Assembly: GCA_963765745.1 (NCBI GenBank)
Contig: CAVXXM010000004.1
Location: 172,474 to 236,473, forward strand
Source: an uncultured Alphaproteobacteria bacterium
GTDB taxonomy: Bacteria; Pseudomonadota; Alphaproteobacteria; Rhizobiales; Xanthobacteraceae
Reading direction: 5' to 3'
Length of the DNA: 64,000 nt
The notes under the pieces were generated by a model. That model saw nothing but the letters and a program-made list of their open reading frames with translations, made no database searches and was not told the origin of the DNA. The position numbers and the translations under genes were made by a program. Positions 1-9,799 of the stretch are shown here, in pieces. Each line of letters begins with the position of its first letter. Position 1 is the stretch's first letter.

Positions 1-567
1 GAGATGGCCGACGAGCCGGTCGATGTCGTAGCCGCGGTGCGTCCAGGGCGGCGGCAAATACGGCCCGGCCATCGCATAGGCGATGAAGGCGAGCGAGATC
101 AGCGGCACGATGACGCCGATCGTGCGCCGCGACGCTTCCAGCAGCAGCACAATGAAGATGACGCCGAGCAAGACATCGAGCGGCAACGGCGAAGTGGCGC
201 GGTCGGTGAAGTCGTCGCCGCCCAGGATCGCGTAGATCAGGATGCCGACGCAGGTGAGGCCCGCGGCCACGTCCCACCAGCGGATACGGTTGCGGAACCG
301 CAATGCGGCCGGAAACAGCAGGAAGGCCAGCAGCAGGACGAACGCGACATGGGTGTAGCGCAGTTGCTGCGTCGGTACGATGTCGTAGGCGGCATAGAGA
401 TGGAACGTCGACATCGCGACGGCGATGGCCGTGACGATGATGCCGGCCCAGCCGGCCAGGCGATTGGTGACGCCTTCCTCGCTCTCGACGAAGGCCTCTG
501 CCTTGCGAATCGCCTCCGGCGATACCGCGGCCTCTGCCCCCACCGGGCGTTCCGATTCTTCGGCCAT
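1..567 (-). CDS. TRAP transporter fused 4TM/12TM (DctQM-type) permease, N-terminal part; gene continues beyond window start
   Basis: Absent from the ORF track because it runs off the edge. My minus-strand translation from ATG 565-567 is open to nt 1: MAEESERPVGAEA...NRLAGWAGIIVTAIAVAMSTFHLYAAYDIVPTQQLRYTHVAFVLLLAFLLFP...LLEASRRTIGVIVPLISLAFIAYAMAGPYLPPPWTHRGYDIDRLVGHL. The pattern matches TRAP fused permeases from memory. Confidence 0.6.
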   Translation of the reverse strand, partial: MAEESERPVGAEAAVSPEAIRKAEAFVESEEGVTNRLAGWAGIIVTAIAVAMSTFHLYAAYDIVPTQQLRYTHVAFVLLLAFLLFPAALRFRNRIRWWDVAAGLTCVGILIYAILGGDDFTDRATSPLPLDVLLGVIFIVLLLEASRRTIGVIVPLISLAFIAYAMAGPYLPPPWTHRGYDIDRLVGHL

Positions 568-739
568 TCCCCCGCCGACCCCCTAGACGCGGTCAGGATA
601 AGGCACGGTCGCCGCCGGAAAATCCAGCGATTTCGGGCGGTGGAACGGCCTCTACCGCGGCGACTGCATGCGATTGGGATTCGGTTAACCCTACAGCAAT
701 GCCTCGGACCAATACTCCACCCGTCCGAGCCCCCCAACG

Positions 740-2098
740 ATGATCTCCGAACTCCTTCTTCTTCCAACTGCGCTGCCCGACTGGCGGATGCTCGCCCTCG
801 TCGGTGCGCTGTGCGCGGTCGGGATCCTCACCGTGGCGCTGCAACGCGTGCGCGAACGGAAAAACCGTTTGAGCGCCGCCCTCGATAACATGTCGACGGC
901 GCTGTGCATGTTCGACTCGGCGACGCGGATCGTCGTCGTCAACCGGCGCTATATCGACATGTACAAGCTGTCGCCGGAAGTGGTGCGCCCAGGATGCACG
1001 TTGCTCGAACTCCTTCACCATCGCAAGGACATCGGCTTGTTCACCGGCGATCCTGAAAAATATTTCCGCGACATCATGGACGGCGTCAGGACGGGCAAGA
1101 TGACGACCTGGCGGGTCGCCACCGGCGATGGGCGCTATATCCATGCGGTGAACCTGCCGATGCCCGGCGGCGGCTGGATCACGACCCACGAGGATGTCAC
1201 CGAACAGCATCAGCTCGAGCAGCAACGCGACACGATGACCGCGCAGGAAGGCCGCCGCGCGACCGTCGAGAGCGCGATTTCCGCATTCCGCGAACGCATG
1301 GATACCGTGCTCAAGAGCGTGAGCGAAAGCGCCGACGCGATGAAGGCGACCTCGACCGCGCTCTCCAGTGTCTCCGGCCAGACCTCGCAACGCGCCGAAA
1401 GCGCGGTCAAGATTTCGGGCGAGGCGTCGCAAAACGTCCGCACTGCCGCCGATGCCGCCGACGAGATGTCGCGTTCAATCACCGAGATCGGTAGCCGGCT
1501 CGACCAGACCAACAAGGTCGTGCACCTTGCCGTGAACGAGGCCCGCGCCACGGACAGCGCGATCGAGGCGCTTGCAGCCGCGGCGCAAAAAATCGGCGAT
1601 GTGGTCAAGTTGATCCGCGACATTGCCGGTCAGACCAACTTGCTTGCGCTCAACGCCACCATCGAAGCCGCGCGCGCCGGAGAAGCGGGCAGGGGCTTCG
1701 CGGTCGTTGCCTCGGAAGTAAAGTCGCTGGCCGTGCAGACCGCCAATGCAACCGAGGAAATAGCCAGCCAGATTCTGGCGGTGCAGGGCTCGACCACCGG
1801 CGCCGTCGAGGCGATCCGCAGCATCGCCGAACGCATGCGCGAGATCGAGCACTATACATCCTCGGTCGCCGCGTCGATCGAGGAGCAAAGCGCGGCGACC
1901 GGCCAGATCAGCTACAACGTGAGCAATGCCGCTAAGGGGACCGACGTCGTCGTCAGCGTGCTCGGCGAGCTCGCCGGTGCGGCGACCGAGACGCGCGGAT
2001 CGGCCTTCACGGTGCTCGAGTCCTCGCAGGCGGTGGAATCCGCGGTCGCGACGTTGCGCGGTGAGATCCGGAGCTTCCTGGAAAAAGTCGCCGCTTGA
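740..2098 (+). CDS. Methyl-accepting chemotaxis protein with one N-terminal TM helix and a PAS-like sensor
   Basis: 452-aa ORF. PAS-like [31 protein letters not shown] signalling hairpin [37 protein letters not shown]. Confidence 0.85.
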   Translation: MISELLLLPTALPDWRMLALVGALCAVGILTVALQRVRERKNRLSAALDNMSTALCMFDSATRIVVVNRRYIDMYKLSPEVVRPGCTLLELLHHRKDIGLFTGDPEKYFRDIMDGVRTGKMTTWRVATGDGRYIHAVNLPMPGGGWITTHEDVTEQHQLEQQRDTMTAQEGRRATVESAISAFRERMDTVLKSVSESADAMKATSTALSSVSGQTSQRAESAVKISGEASQNVRTAADAADEMSRSITEIGSRLDQTNKVVHLAVNEARATDSAIEALAAAAQKIGDVVKLIRDIAGQTNLLALNATIEAARAGEAGRGFAVVASEVKSLAVQTANATEEIASQILAVQGSTTGAVEAIRSIAERMREIEHYTSSVAASIEEQSAATGQISYNVSNAAKGTDVVVSVLGELAGAATETRGSAFTVLESSQAVESAVATLRGEIRSFLEKVAA

Positions 2099-2110
2099 GC
2101 GCCTGACGGT

Positions 2111-4786
2111 TCAGGCGGTGCTCGAGGTCGTCTTGCCGAGCGCGGCCTGCGCCGCGGCCAGCCGCGCGATCGGCACGCGAAACGGCGAGCACGACACGTA
2201 GTCGAGACCCGCTTCCGTGCAGAAGGCGACCGAGGCCGGATCGCCGCCGTGCTCGCCGCAAATGCCGACTTTCAAATCGTTGCGTACGCTCCGCCCGCGC
2301 TCGACGCCGATCTTGATCAGCTCGCCGACGCCCTCGCGGTCGATGGTGACGAACGGATCGGCCGGGAGGATTCCCTTGGCCATGTAGGCGGTGAGAAAGC
2401 TCGCCGCGTCGTCGCGCGAGATGCCGAAAACGGTTTGCGTCAGATCGTTGGTGCCGAACGAGAAGAACTCGGCGGTCTCGGCGATCTCGGCCGCGCGCAG
2501 GCAAGCGCGCGGCAGCTCGATCATGGTGCCGGTCTGGTAGGCGATCTTGATGCCGGTCTCGGCCGCGACGGCTTCGGCCATGGCGTCGATCCGCGCCTTC
2601 ACCAGATCGAACTCGGCCTTGGTCGCGATCAGCGGCACCATCACTTCGGGCACCACCGGCGTGCCGGTGCTTTTCGCCGCCGCCACTGCCGCTTCGAAAA
2701 TAGCGCGCGCCTGCATCTCGGCGATCTCCGGAAAGGCGATGGCGATCCGGCAGCCGCGGAAGCCGAGCATGGGGTTGAACTCCTCGAGCTCGGCCGCGCG
2801 CCGCTCGAGCTTCTTCGGGTCGGCGCCCATGCTTTTCGCGACCTCCGCGATCTCCGCCGGCGTGTGCGGCAGGAATTCGTGCAGCGGCGGGTCGAGCAGC
2901 CGGATCGTGACCGGCAGGCCTTTCATGATCTCGAAGATGGCGACGAAATCGGCGCGCTGCATTGGGAGCAGCTTGGCCAGCGCCTTGCGGCGGCCCGCCT
3001 CGTCGTCGGCCAGGATCATTTCGCGCACGGCCAGAATGCGGTCCGCGTCGAAGAACATGTGCTCGGTGCGGCAGAGCCCGATGCCCTCGGCGCCGAAGTT
3101 GCGCGCGAGGCGAGCGTCGGCGGGCGTATCGGCATTGGCGCGCACGCCGAGCCGGCGCACTCCGTCGGCCCAGAGCATGATCGTGGCGAACTCGCCGGTG
3201 AGCTCCGGCTGCACCATGGCGACGCGCCCGAGCAGCACCTGGCCGCTCGATCCATCGACGGTGATGATGTCGCCGGCCTTCAGCGTGTGCGCCCCCGCGC
3301 TCATGGTCTTGGCCGCGTAGTCGATGCGCAGCGCGCCTGTGCCGGAGACGCAGGGCTTGCCCATGCCGCGCGCCACCACGGCCGCATGCGAGGTCATGCC
3401 GCCGCGGGTGGTGAGAATTCCCTCCGCCGCGTGCATGCCGTGGATGTCTTCGGGCGAGGTTTCGACGCGAACGAGAATGACCTTGCGGCCCGCGGCTTTC
3501 AGCGTTTCGGCCTCGTCGGCGGAGAAGGTGATCTCGCCCGAGGCCGCGCCCGGCGAAGCTGGGAGACCCGTGGCGATGATCGTGCGCGGCGCTTTGGCGT
3601 CGATCGTCGGATGCAGCAGCTGGTCGAGCGCGGCCGGATCGACGCGGGTGATCGCCTCGTCGCGCGTGATCAGGCCCTCGTTGGCCATTTCGACGGCGAT
3701 CCTGAGCGCGGCCTTGGCCGTGCGCTTTCCGCCCCGCGTCTGCAGCATATAGAGCTTGCCGCGCTCGACGGTGAATTCCATGTCCTGCATGTCGCGATAG
3801 TGCCGCTCGAGTTTCTCGGCGACGGCGGCGAACTCGCGGAACACTTTGGGCATCGCCGCTTCCATCGACGGCTTGTCGGAATGCGCGGCGATACGCGCGG
3901 CTTCGGTCAGGTTCTGCGGCGTGCGGATGCCGGCGACCACGTCCTCGCCCTGCGCATTGATGAGGAACTCGCCATAGAGCTGCTTGATGCCGTTCGACGG
4001 ATTGCGCGTGAAGGCGACGCCGGTCGCCGAGTCCTCGCCCAGATTGCCGAACACCATGGCCTGCACGTTCACCGCCGTGCCCCAGGATTCCGGGATGCCA
4101 TGCAGGCGGCGATAGGTCGCCGCGCGCTGGTTCATCCAGGAGCCGAACACGGCGCCGATCGCGCCCCACAATTGCTGCTTGGGATCCTGCGGGAACGGCT
4201 TGCCGGACTCCGCGGCCACGAGTTTCTTGTAGCGGTCCACCACCGCGATCCAGTTCTCGGCGGAAAGATCGGTGTCGAGCGAGTGATCCTTCTCGTCCTT
4301 GAAGCCCTCCAGAATCTCCTCGAACGCGTGGTGGTCGAGATCGAGCACCACGGTCGAATACATCTGGATGAATCGCCGATACGAGTCGTAGGCGAAGCGC
4401 CGGTCGCCGGAGCCCGCGGCCAGCGCCTCGACCGTCTGATCGTTGAGGCCGAGGTTCAGCACCGTGTCCATCATGCCGGGCATCGACGCCCGCCCGCCCG
4501 AGCGCACGGAAACGAGGAGGGGATTCTCCGCATCACCGAATTCGCGGCCCGCATTGCTGCCGACTTCGGCAAGCGCCGCTTCGACCTCGCGCTCCAAATC
4601 GGCCGGGTAGCTCCGCTGGTTCGCGTAATAGTGGGTGCAGACTTCGGTCGTGATGGTGAAACCCGGCGGCACCGGCAGGCCGAGATTGGCCATCTCGGCA
4701 AGATTGGCGCCCTTGCCGCCCAGCAAGTCGCGCATGGCAGCCGTGCCTTCGGCCTTGCCGCCGCCGAAGGTGTAGACCCATTTCAT
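2111..4786 (-). CDS. ppdK: Pyruvate, phosphate dikinase
   Basis: ORF 2111..4864. Conserved N-terminus MKWVYTFGGGKAEG begins at Met27 (4786). Phospho-His motif GGMTSHAAVVARGMGKPCV. C-terminal ICGEHGGDP. Confidence 0.95.
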   Translation of the reverse strand: MKWVYTFGGGKAEGTAAMRDLLGGKGANLAEMANLGLPVPPGFTITTEVCTHYYANQRSYPADLEREVEAALAEVGSNAGREFGDAENPLLVSVRSGGRASMPGMMDTVLNLGLNDQTVEALAAGSGDRRFAYDSYRRFIQMYSTVVLDLDHHAFEEILEGFKDEKDHSLDTDLSAENWIAVVDRYKKLVAAESGKPFPQDPKQQLWGAIGAVFGSWMNQRAATYRRLHGIPESWGTAVNVQAMVFGNLGEDSATGVAFTRNPSNGIKQLYGEFLINAQGEDVVAGIRTPQNLTEAARIAAHSDKPSMEAAMPKVFREFAAVAEKLERHYRDMQDMEFTVERGKLYMLQTRGGKRTAKAALRIAVEMANEGLITRDEAITRVDPAALDQLLHPTIDAKAPRTIIATGLPASPGAASGEITFSADEAETLKAAGRKVILVRVETSPEDIHGMHAAEGILTTRGGMTSHAAVVARGMGKPCVSGTGALRIDYAAKTMSAGAHTLKAGDIITVDGSSGQVLLGRVAMVQPELTGEFATIMLWADGVRRLGVRANADTPADARLARNFGAEGIGLCRTEHMFFDADRILAVREMILADDEAGRRKALAKLLPMQRADFVAIFEIMKGLPVTIRLLDPPLHEFLPHTPAEIAEVAKSMGADPKKLERRAAELEEFNPMLGFRGCRIAIAFPEIAEMQARAIFEAAVAAAKSTGTPVVPEVMVPLIATKAEFDLVKARIDAMAEAVAAETGIKIAYQTGTMIELPRACLRAAEIAETAEFFSFGTNDLTQTVFGISRDDAASFLTAYMAKGILPADPFVTIDREGVGELIKIGVERGRSVRNDLKVGICGEHGGDPASVAFCTEAGLDYVSCSPFRVPIARLAAAQAALGKTTSSTA

Positions 4787-4927
4787 GCCCGGGCTCCCGT
4801 GCGTGCCGGCCCCACGCGGACGCGGTTGCAAGGGCTGCTTAGCCGCTGCGCTTCGGCGCTGCAACGGCGCTTGCCGCGTTGCACACCGATGCCATGGCGA
4901 AGCGCCGCGACTAGGACCATGCTTGAT

Positions 4928-4949
4928 GCGCCTCCCGTGGAGGGGGCGC
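4928..4949 (+). promoter_or_regulatory. 5' leader hairpin (GCGCCUCC / GGGGGCGC) ahead of small ORF copy 1; its CCUCCC arm is complementary to the downstream SD
   Basis: An 8-bp stem read directly from the sequence. SD AAGGGGGA at 4955-4962 and ATG at 4969. The same architecture recurs before copy 2. Confidence 0.3.
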
Positions 4950-4968
4950 CACGCAAGGGGGATAGTCC

Positions 4969-5139
4969 ATGAACCTCAGTGCACCGACGCAAGTCGTATT
5001 CTGGATTTCGCTGATTCTGGTGATTCTGGCCCTGATCGGATTTTTCTGGGTCGTGCCGTACGTGACCGCCTACGCGTTCTGGCTCGCCGTCGCGAGCTGG
5101 GTCGTGCTCGCGGTCGGCTGCATGATGAAGGGCGCCTGA
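4969..5139 (+). CDS. Small two-helix membrane protein (56 aa), copy 1
   Basis: Below the ORF-track size cut-off. ATG preceded by AAGGGGGA. Translation MNLSAPTQVVFWISLILVILALIGFFWVVPYVTAYAFWLAVASWVVLAVGCMMKGA. A paralog lies 321 nt downstream and a hairpin follows. Confidence 0.5.
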   Translation: MNLSAPTQVVFWISLILVILALIGFFWVVPYVTAYAFWLAVASWVVLAVGCMMKGA

Positions 5140-5156
5140 CCTGCCAAAATCGTGAC

Positions 5157-5179
5157 GCGGGCGGTGGCGAGCCGCCCGC
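5157..5179 (+). terminator. GC-rich hairpin GCGGGCGG-N7-CCGCCCGC after small ORF copy 1
   Basis: An 8-bp perfect stem 18 nt after the stop, with a short T tract a few nt downstream. Weak as an intrinsic terminator. Confidence 0.3.
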
Positions 5180-5252
5180 GGCGCTTTCCACAACTTCCGA
5201 TGTGCCCCGCTTGCTCGATGGTAGGCGAGGGCGAATCCATGGATGATCGCGC

Positions 5253-5274
5253 GTTCCTCCCGGCTGGGGGGAAC
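5253..5274 (+). promoter_or_regulatory. 5' leader hairpin (GUUCCUCCC / GGGGGGAAC) ahead of small ORF copy 2
   Basis: 9-bp stem with a 4-nt loop. SD GGGGGA at 5279-5284 and ATG at 5290. Homologous to the copy-1 leader. Confidence 0.3.
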
Positions 5275-5289
5275 TACAGGGGGAAAACC

Positions 5290-5462
5290 ATGAAACTCAG
5301 CGCACCGACGCAGGTCGTCTTCATCATCTCGCTGATCCTGGTCGTTTTGGCCTTGATCGGCCATTTCGTGACCACGATCCCGCTCGTGACGCAGTACAGT
5401 TCTGGCTCGCCATCGCGGGCTACGTCGTGCTCGCGGCCGGATGCATGATGAAAGGCGTCTGA
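5290..5462 (+). pseudogene. Small two-helix membrane protein, copy 2, one-nucleotide frame break near 5397-5400
   Basis: MKLSAPTQVVFIISLILVVLALIGHFVTTIPLVTQY, then the frame slips. In the next frame it reads FWLAIAGYVVLAAGCMMKGV-stop, collinear with copy 1. The 173-nt span is not a multiple of 3. Confidence 0.45.
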
Positions 5463-5484
5463 CGCGGCCGGAATTCGAATGAGC

Positions 5485-5504
5485 GGGCGCACGCGCGTGC
5501 GCCC
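5485..5504. terminator. Perfect 20-nt palindrome GGGCGCACGCGCGTGCGCCC between convergent genes
   Basis: Lies between the stop of small ORF copy 2 (+) and the 3' end of the APH-like remnant (-). GTTT follows on the + strand. Confidence 0.4.
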
Positions 5505-5510
5505 GTTTCG

Positions 5511-6442
5511 CTAAGTGGGCGCGAAGCGTCCGGAGGGCGAACTCTTCGGTCGGCTGATACAGCAATGGATTGAAGATGCCGCTTTCGATGGCGGCAAGCA
5601 TTTCCGCGCAGGCGAAGAGTTGCGTGACGCGGCCCGAGGGTGTGTCGATCTCTTCGGCAAAGGCGGCGCGTAGACGTTCGGCAAGCTCCGGACTCGCGCA
5701 CGAAAAGGCAATCAGGCGGGCGGCGTCATAGCCGCGCGGCGCGGCGCCCCACGATTTCCCAATCGAGCAAAGTCAGTTTTGGGGCCGTCAGGTTGCTCCA
5801 TTGCAGGTCGCCGTGCGCGGTGCGCCATTCTTCGGTCCGGACCGGCGCATTCAACTTGAATCGTTCGGCAAGCAGGCGGCTCACCCATTTCGGATCGAAT
5901 TTCTGGCGTGGCGTCGGCAATCGCCCGATCGAGCGGAGCGAAGCCTTGAGGTCGCCGATCCACGCGTCACTGATGGACTCCATTTTCTGGAAAATCGTTT
6001 GGCGTTGGCGCCAGGGCGCCGGAAGGCGCCAGCGTCATCAGCGCCGCCCGCCACCGGGTGCCTCCCGTGCTCCAGTCCGCGATTTTCAGGATCGAGGGTT
6101 TGGGTACGTCACGAATGCCGCGGCGATTCCTCGCCGCGCGCAACCATTCTGCGACCGCGCCGGTGATGCCGGTGACTTTCAGCCAGCACAGACTGCCATC
6201 TGCTGCCGCACGGTCGCGCCGCAAGACTTGCCCTGATAACCGCGCTTGGGCTGGTCTGCGAGCGTCAGCTCCAGGCGGCTACAGGCCTCGGCCATCGCGT
6301 CGTCGAGGCCGTCGGTGACGTAGCCGTGGCTCGGGGAAACCGTCGCCGGCAGCCAGTGGCCGTGACCGGCCAACCGCTTCGCCTGCCAACGTGCGCGCAA
6401 TCGCCCTCGCTGGGAGGCGGCGCGGCGATTCCACTCACGCAA
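5511..6442 (-). pseudogene. Aminoglycoside-phosphotransferase (APH) family kinase remnant with at least three frame changes
   Basis: The pieces lie in four minus-strand ORFs: ...GKSCGATV / DGSLCWLKVTGITGAVAEW / HGDLQWSNLTAPKLTLLDWE / PRGYDAARLIAFS...AEMLAAIESGIF. HGDLxxxN and LLDWE are APH-type catalytic and Mg-binding motifs. Both ends are uncertain. Confidence 0.5.
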
Positions 6443-6459
6443 TGTAACTGAAAGTCGGC

Positions 6460-8605
6460 TCAGCCCTCGATACGCGAAAAATCGGCGACGGTGCGGGTGG
6501 CGGCGCGGATGCGGTCGAGCAGCTTGAGGCGATTTTCGCGCAGCCCCTTGTCCTCGGCATTGACCGTCACCTTATCAAAGAACGCGTCGACCGGCGCGCG
6601 CAGTTTGGCGATGGCTGACATCGCGCGGCGAAATCCTCGCGCTTTATGGCGGTATCCACTTCCTTCTCGACCTTGGAAATGGCCGCGGCGAGGGCCTTTT
6701 CCTCGGGCGCCTGCAGGAGCTTGGGGTCCGGCTCGCCGGCATAGCTGCGCTTGTCCTTCTTCTCCTCGTCGCGAAGGATATTCGCCGCGCGGCGATAGCC
6801 GACGAGGAGATTCTTGCCGTCGTCGGTGTCGAGGAATTTTCCGAGCGCTTCGACGCGGCGGACGATGAGCAGGAGAGGGTCGTCCTGGCCTCGAGTAGAC
6901 GCGAACACCGCATCCACGAGATCGTGGCGGGCGCCTTGCTTCGCGCAGATGGACTTTCAGATCGGTCGGCTGAAGAAATGAGAGAAGGTCAACTGCTATC
7001 TTTGTGCGCGTCAGCCTGCGATTACTCGTTGTCCATGCCATATGCAAAATTTGCTCGGACGACGAATTGCCAGCTTGTCGATACTCGATAAGCTTGCATC
7101 GCTCGAGGCATTAACCAATTCGAAGCTGTTGACTCAAGATGAGTTCGAATTATTCCCAGCGCCGCTCTCCGTAGCGCATAGGGGTCCTTCGACCCCGTCG
7201 GCTTCTCGTCGATGGCCCAGAAGCCGACGAGCGTGTCGATCTTGTCCGCCAGCGCGACCGCGATGGAAACAGGGGAGGTCGGCACGCGGTCGTTCGGCCC
7301 CTGCGGCTTGTAGTGTTCCTCGATCGCCGCTGCGACTTCGGGATCGATGCCTTCGGCGAGCGCGTAGTATTTCCCCATCAGCCCTGCAGCTCGGGGAACT
7401 CGCCGACCATGTCGGTGACGAGATCGGCCTTGGCGAGCCGCGCCGCCAGCTCGGCCTTTTTCGGATCGGCCTTGACGATGGGCGCGAGCTCCTTCGCCAG
7501 CGCCGCGATGCGCTCGACGCGCTCGGCCTGCGTGCCGAGCTTCTCGTGGAACACGATTTCCTTGAGCTTCGGCAGCCGCTCTTCGAGCTTCTTCTTGCGG
7601 TCCTGCTCCCAGAAGAATTTCGCGTCCGCCAGCCGCGCGCGGATCACGCGCGCATTGCCGGCCTTGATCGCCTCGCCGCCGTCGGTGGCTTCCTGGTTCG
7701 CCACCGTGATGAACTTGTTGGCGAGTTTCCCCGTCTTCGGATCGCGCAGCACGAAGCACTTCTGATTGTTGCGGATCGTGGCGCGGATCACTTCCGGCGG
7801 AATGCCGAGAAAAGCCGCGTCGAAACTGCCGATCAACACGACCGGCCATTCCACCAGCCCGGCGACTTCTTCGAGCAAGCCTTCGTCCTCGACCAGCTCC
7901 AGTCCCTGCGCCAGCGCCAGGTCCTTGGCGTCGGCGAGGATGTCGGCCTTGCGCCGGTCCGGATCGGGCACGACCTTGGCCGCGTGCAGCTTGGTCAGAT
8001 AATCCTCAAGCCGCTTCACCTTGATCGGGCCGGGCGCGTGCACGCGGTGGCCGTGAGTGATGTCGCCCGCCGCGATGCCGTCGATCGCGAACTTGACGAT
8101 CTCCGGCTCCTCGGTCTCCGGCCCGAAGGTGCAGAGGATCGAGTGCAGCGGCCGCACCCAGGTGAGCGCGCGCGCACCCCAGCGCATCGACTTCGGCCAC
8201 GGAAACGCGCGCACCACTTCCGGAATGATCTCCGCGATCACCTCGGCAGCCGGCCGGCCCTTCCGCTCGATGACGGCTAGATAAAAGTCGCCCTTCTTGT
8301 CGGGCTGCACCTTGGCCTCATTGATCGATTTCAGCCCGGCGCTCTTGAGAAATCCTTGCACCGCCGCGTCGGGCGCGCCGACGCGCGGGCCTTTCTTCTC
8401 CTCGCGCCGGTCCGGCTGCTTGGCCGGCAGTCCGTGCACCGCGAGCGCGATGCGCCGCGGCGTGGCGAACGCCTTGGCGCCGTCATAGGTGAGGCCCGGC
8501 GTCCACCAGCTTGTCGGTGACGAGCTTCTTCAAATTCTCCATCGCCCCGCGCTGCATCCGCGCCGGGATTTCCTCGGAGAACAGTTCGAGCAGAAGGTCG
8601 GGCAT
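6460..8605 (-). pseudogene. glyS: Glycine--tRNA ligase beta subunit, reading frame broken about five times
   Basis: N-terminus [37 protein letters not shown], then ORFs 7378..8439, 7022..7849, 6460..7047, 6567..6917 and back to 6460..7047 (ending FSRIEG-stop) carry consecutive GlyS segments. The 2146-nt span is 3n+1. It lies immediately downstream of glyQ. Confidence 0.9.
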
Positions 8606-8608
8606 GGC

Positions 8609-9526
8609 TCAGGCGCCGCCGCCCTCGGTCTTCAGCCACGCCGCGCCGCAGGCTTTGGCCAGCTCGCGCACGCGCAGGATAAAGCTCTGCCGCTCGGTGA
8701 CCGAGATCACCCCGCGCGCATCGAGCAGGTTGAACGCGTGGCTCGCCTTGATGCACTGGTCATAGGCCGGCAGCGCCAGCTCGTGCCGCTTGCCCTTGTC
8801 GCCGGCCGCGAGCAGCCGCTTGCACTCGTCCTCGGCGTCCTTGAAGTGGCGAAACAGCATCTCGGTGTCGGCGAATTCGAAATTGTAGCGCGAATATTCC
8901 TGCTCGGCCTGCTTGAACACGTCGCCGTAGGTGACCTTGTCCTTGCCCTCGCGGCCGTTGAAGTTGAGATCGAACACGTTCTCGACGCCCTGCACATACA
9001 TCGCGAGCCGCTCGAGACCGTAGGTCAGCTCGCCCGAGACCGGCGCGCATTCGAAGCCGGCGACCTGCTGGAAATAGGTGAACTGCGAAACTTCCATCCC
9101 GTCGCACCAGCATTCCCAGCCCAGCCCCGAGGCGCCGAGCGTCGGGCTCTCCCAGTCGTCCTCGACGAAGCGGATGTCGTGCAGCTTCTGGTCGATGCCG
9201 ATTTTCGCGAGCGAGCGCAGATAAAGTTCCTGGATGTCGTCGGGCGACGGCTTCAGGATCGCCTGGAACTGGTAATAGTGCTGCAGCCGGTTCGGGTTCT
9301 CGCCATAGCGGCCGTCCTTCGGCCGCCGCGAGGGCTGCACGTAAGCGGCCTTCCACGGCTTCGGCCCGAGCGCGCGTAGCGTCGTCGCCGGGTGGAAGGT
9401 GCCGGCGCCCATTTCCATGTCGTAGGGCTGCAGGATCACGCAGCCCTGCTCGGCCCAGAAAGTCTGCAGCGCAAGGATCAGGCCCTGGAACGAGCGTTTC
9501 GGGGAAAGTGTGGGCGAATCGGTCAT
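8609..9526 (-). CDS. glyQ: Glycine--tRNA ligase alpha subunit
   Basis: 305-aa intact ORF with [34 protein letters not shown] and [21 protein letters not shown]. Confidence 0.95.
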   Translation of the reverse strand: MTDSPTLSPKRSFQGLILALQTFWAEQGCVILQPYDMEMGAGTFHPATTLRALGPKPWKAAYVQPSRRPKDGRYGENPNRLQHYYQFQAILKPSPDDIQELYLRSLAKIGIDQKLHDIRFVEDDWESPTLGASGLGWECWCDGMEVSQFTYFQQVAGFECAPVSGELTYGLERLAMYVQGVENVFDLNFNGREGKDKVTYGDVFKQAEQEYSRYNFEFADTEMLFRHFKDAEDECKRLLAAGDKGKRHELALPAYDQCIKASHAFNLLDARGVISVTERQSFILRVRELAKACGAAWLKTEGGGA

Positions 9527-9592
9527 GGCGCGCCGCGTTGTGAAAGCGGCGCGACCCTAGGGGCGGCCCTATGCGAAATCAAGGAACGCGCG

Positions 9593-9790
9593 TTACGCGC
9601 GCGGCGGCCGGTAGTCGCCGGTCGCGGGATCGCGCTCGAGCTTGGGCAGCGAATTGGGCTTCGTCGCCTCGAGTTCCTTCTCGCGCGCGGCTTCCATCTC
9701 GGCCTTTTTGGCGTCGAGCACGAATTTCTTCAGCAGCGCCGCGGCGCCGACGGCGCCGAGCATCCAGATCAAAGCAGGGGGCACGGGCAT
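9593..9790 (-). CDS. Small hypothetical protein with an N-terminal TM helix (65 aa)
   Basis: The ORF starts 9 nt after the sppA-like stop. MPVPPALIWMLGAVGAAALL followed by a charged tail. No recognisable family. Confidence 0.3.
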   Translation of the reverse strand: MPVPPALIWMLGAVGAAALLKKFVLDAKKAEMEAAREKELEATKPNSLPKLERDPATGDYRPPRA

Positions 9791-9799
9791 GGCGCGCTC

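Noticed and set aside
4-888. 294-aa ORF at the window start
   Set aside because: It is antisense to the TRAP fused-permease N-terminus, which is open to nt 1 with a convincing membrane-protein sequence. It also overlaps the MCP start, and its composition is Arg/Asp-rich.
2249-4972. 907-aa ORF on the + strand spanning almost the whole ppdK locus
   Set aside because: It is antisense to a perfectly conserved ppdK. Its composition is Arg/Gly/Ala/Asp-rich with no motifs, typical of stop-poor antisense frames in 65% GC DNA.
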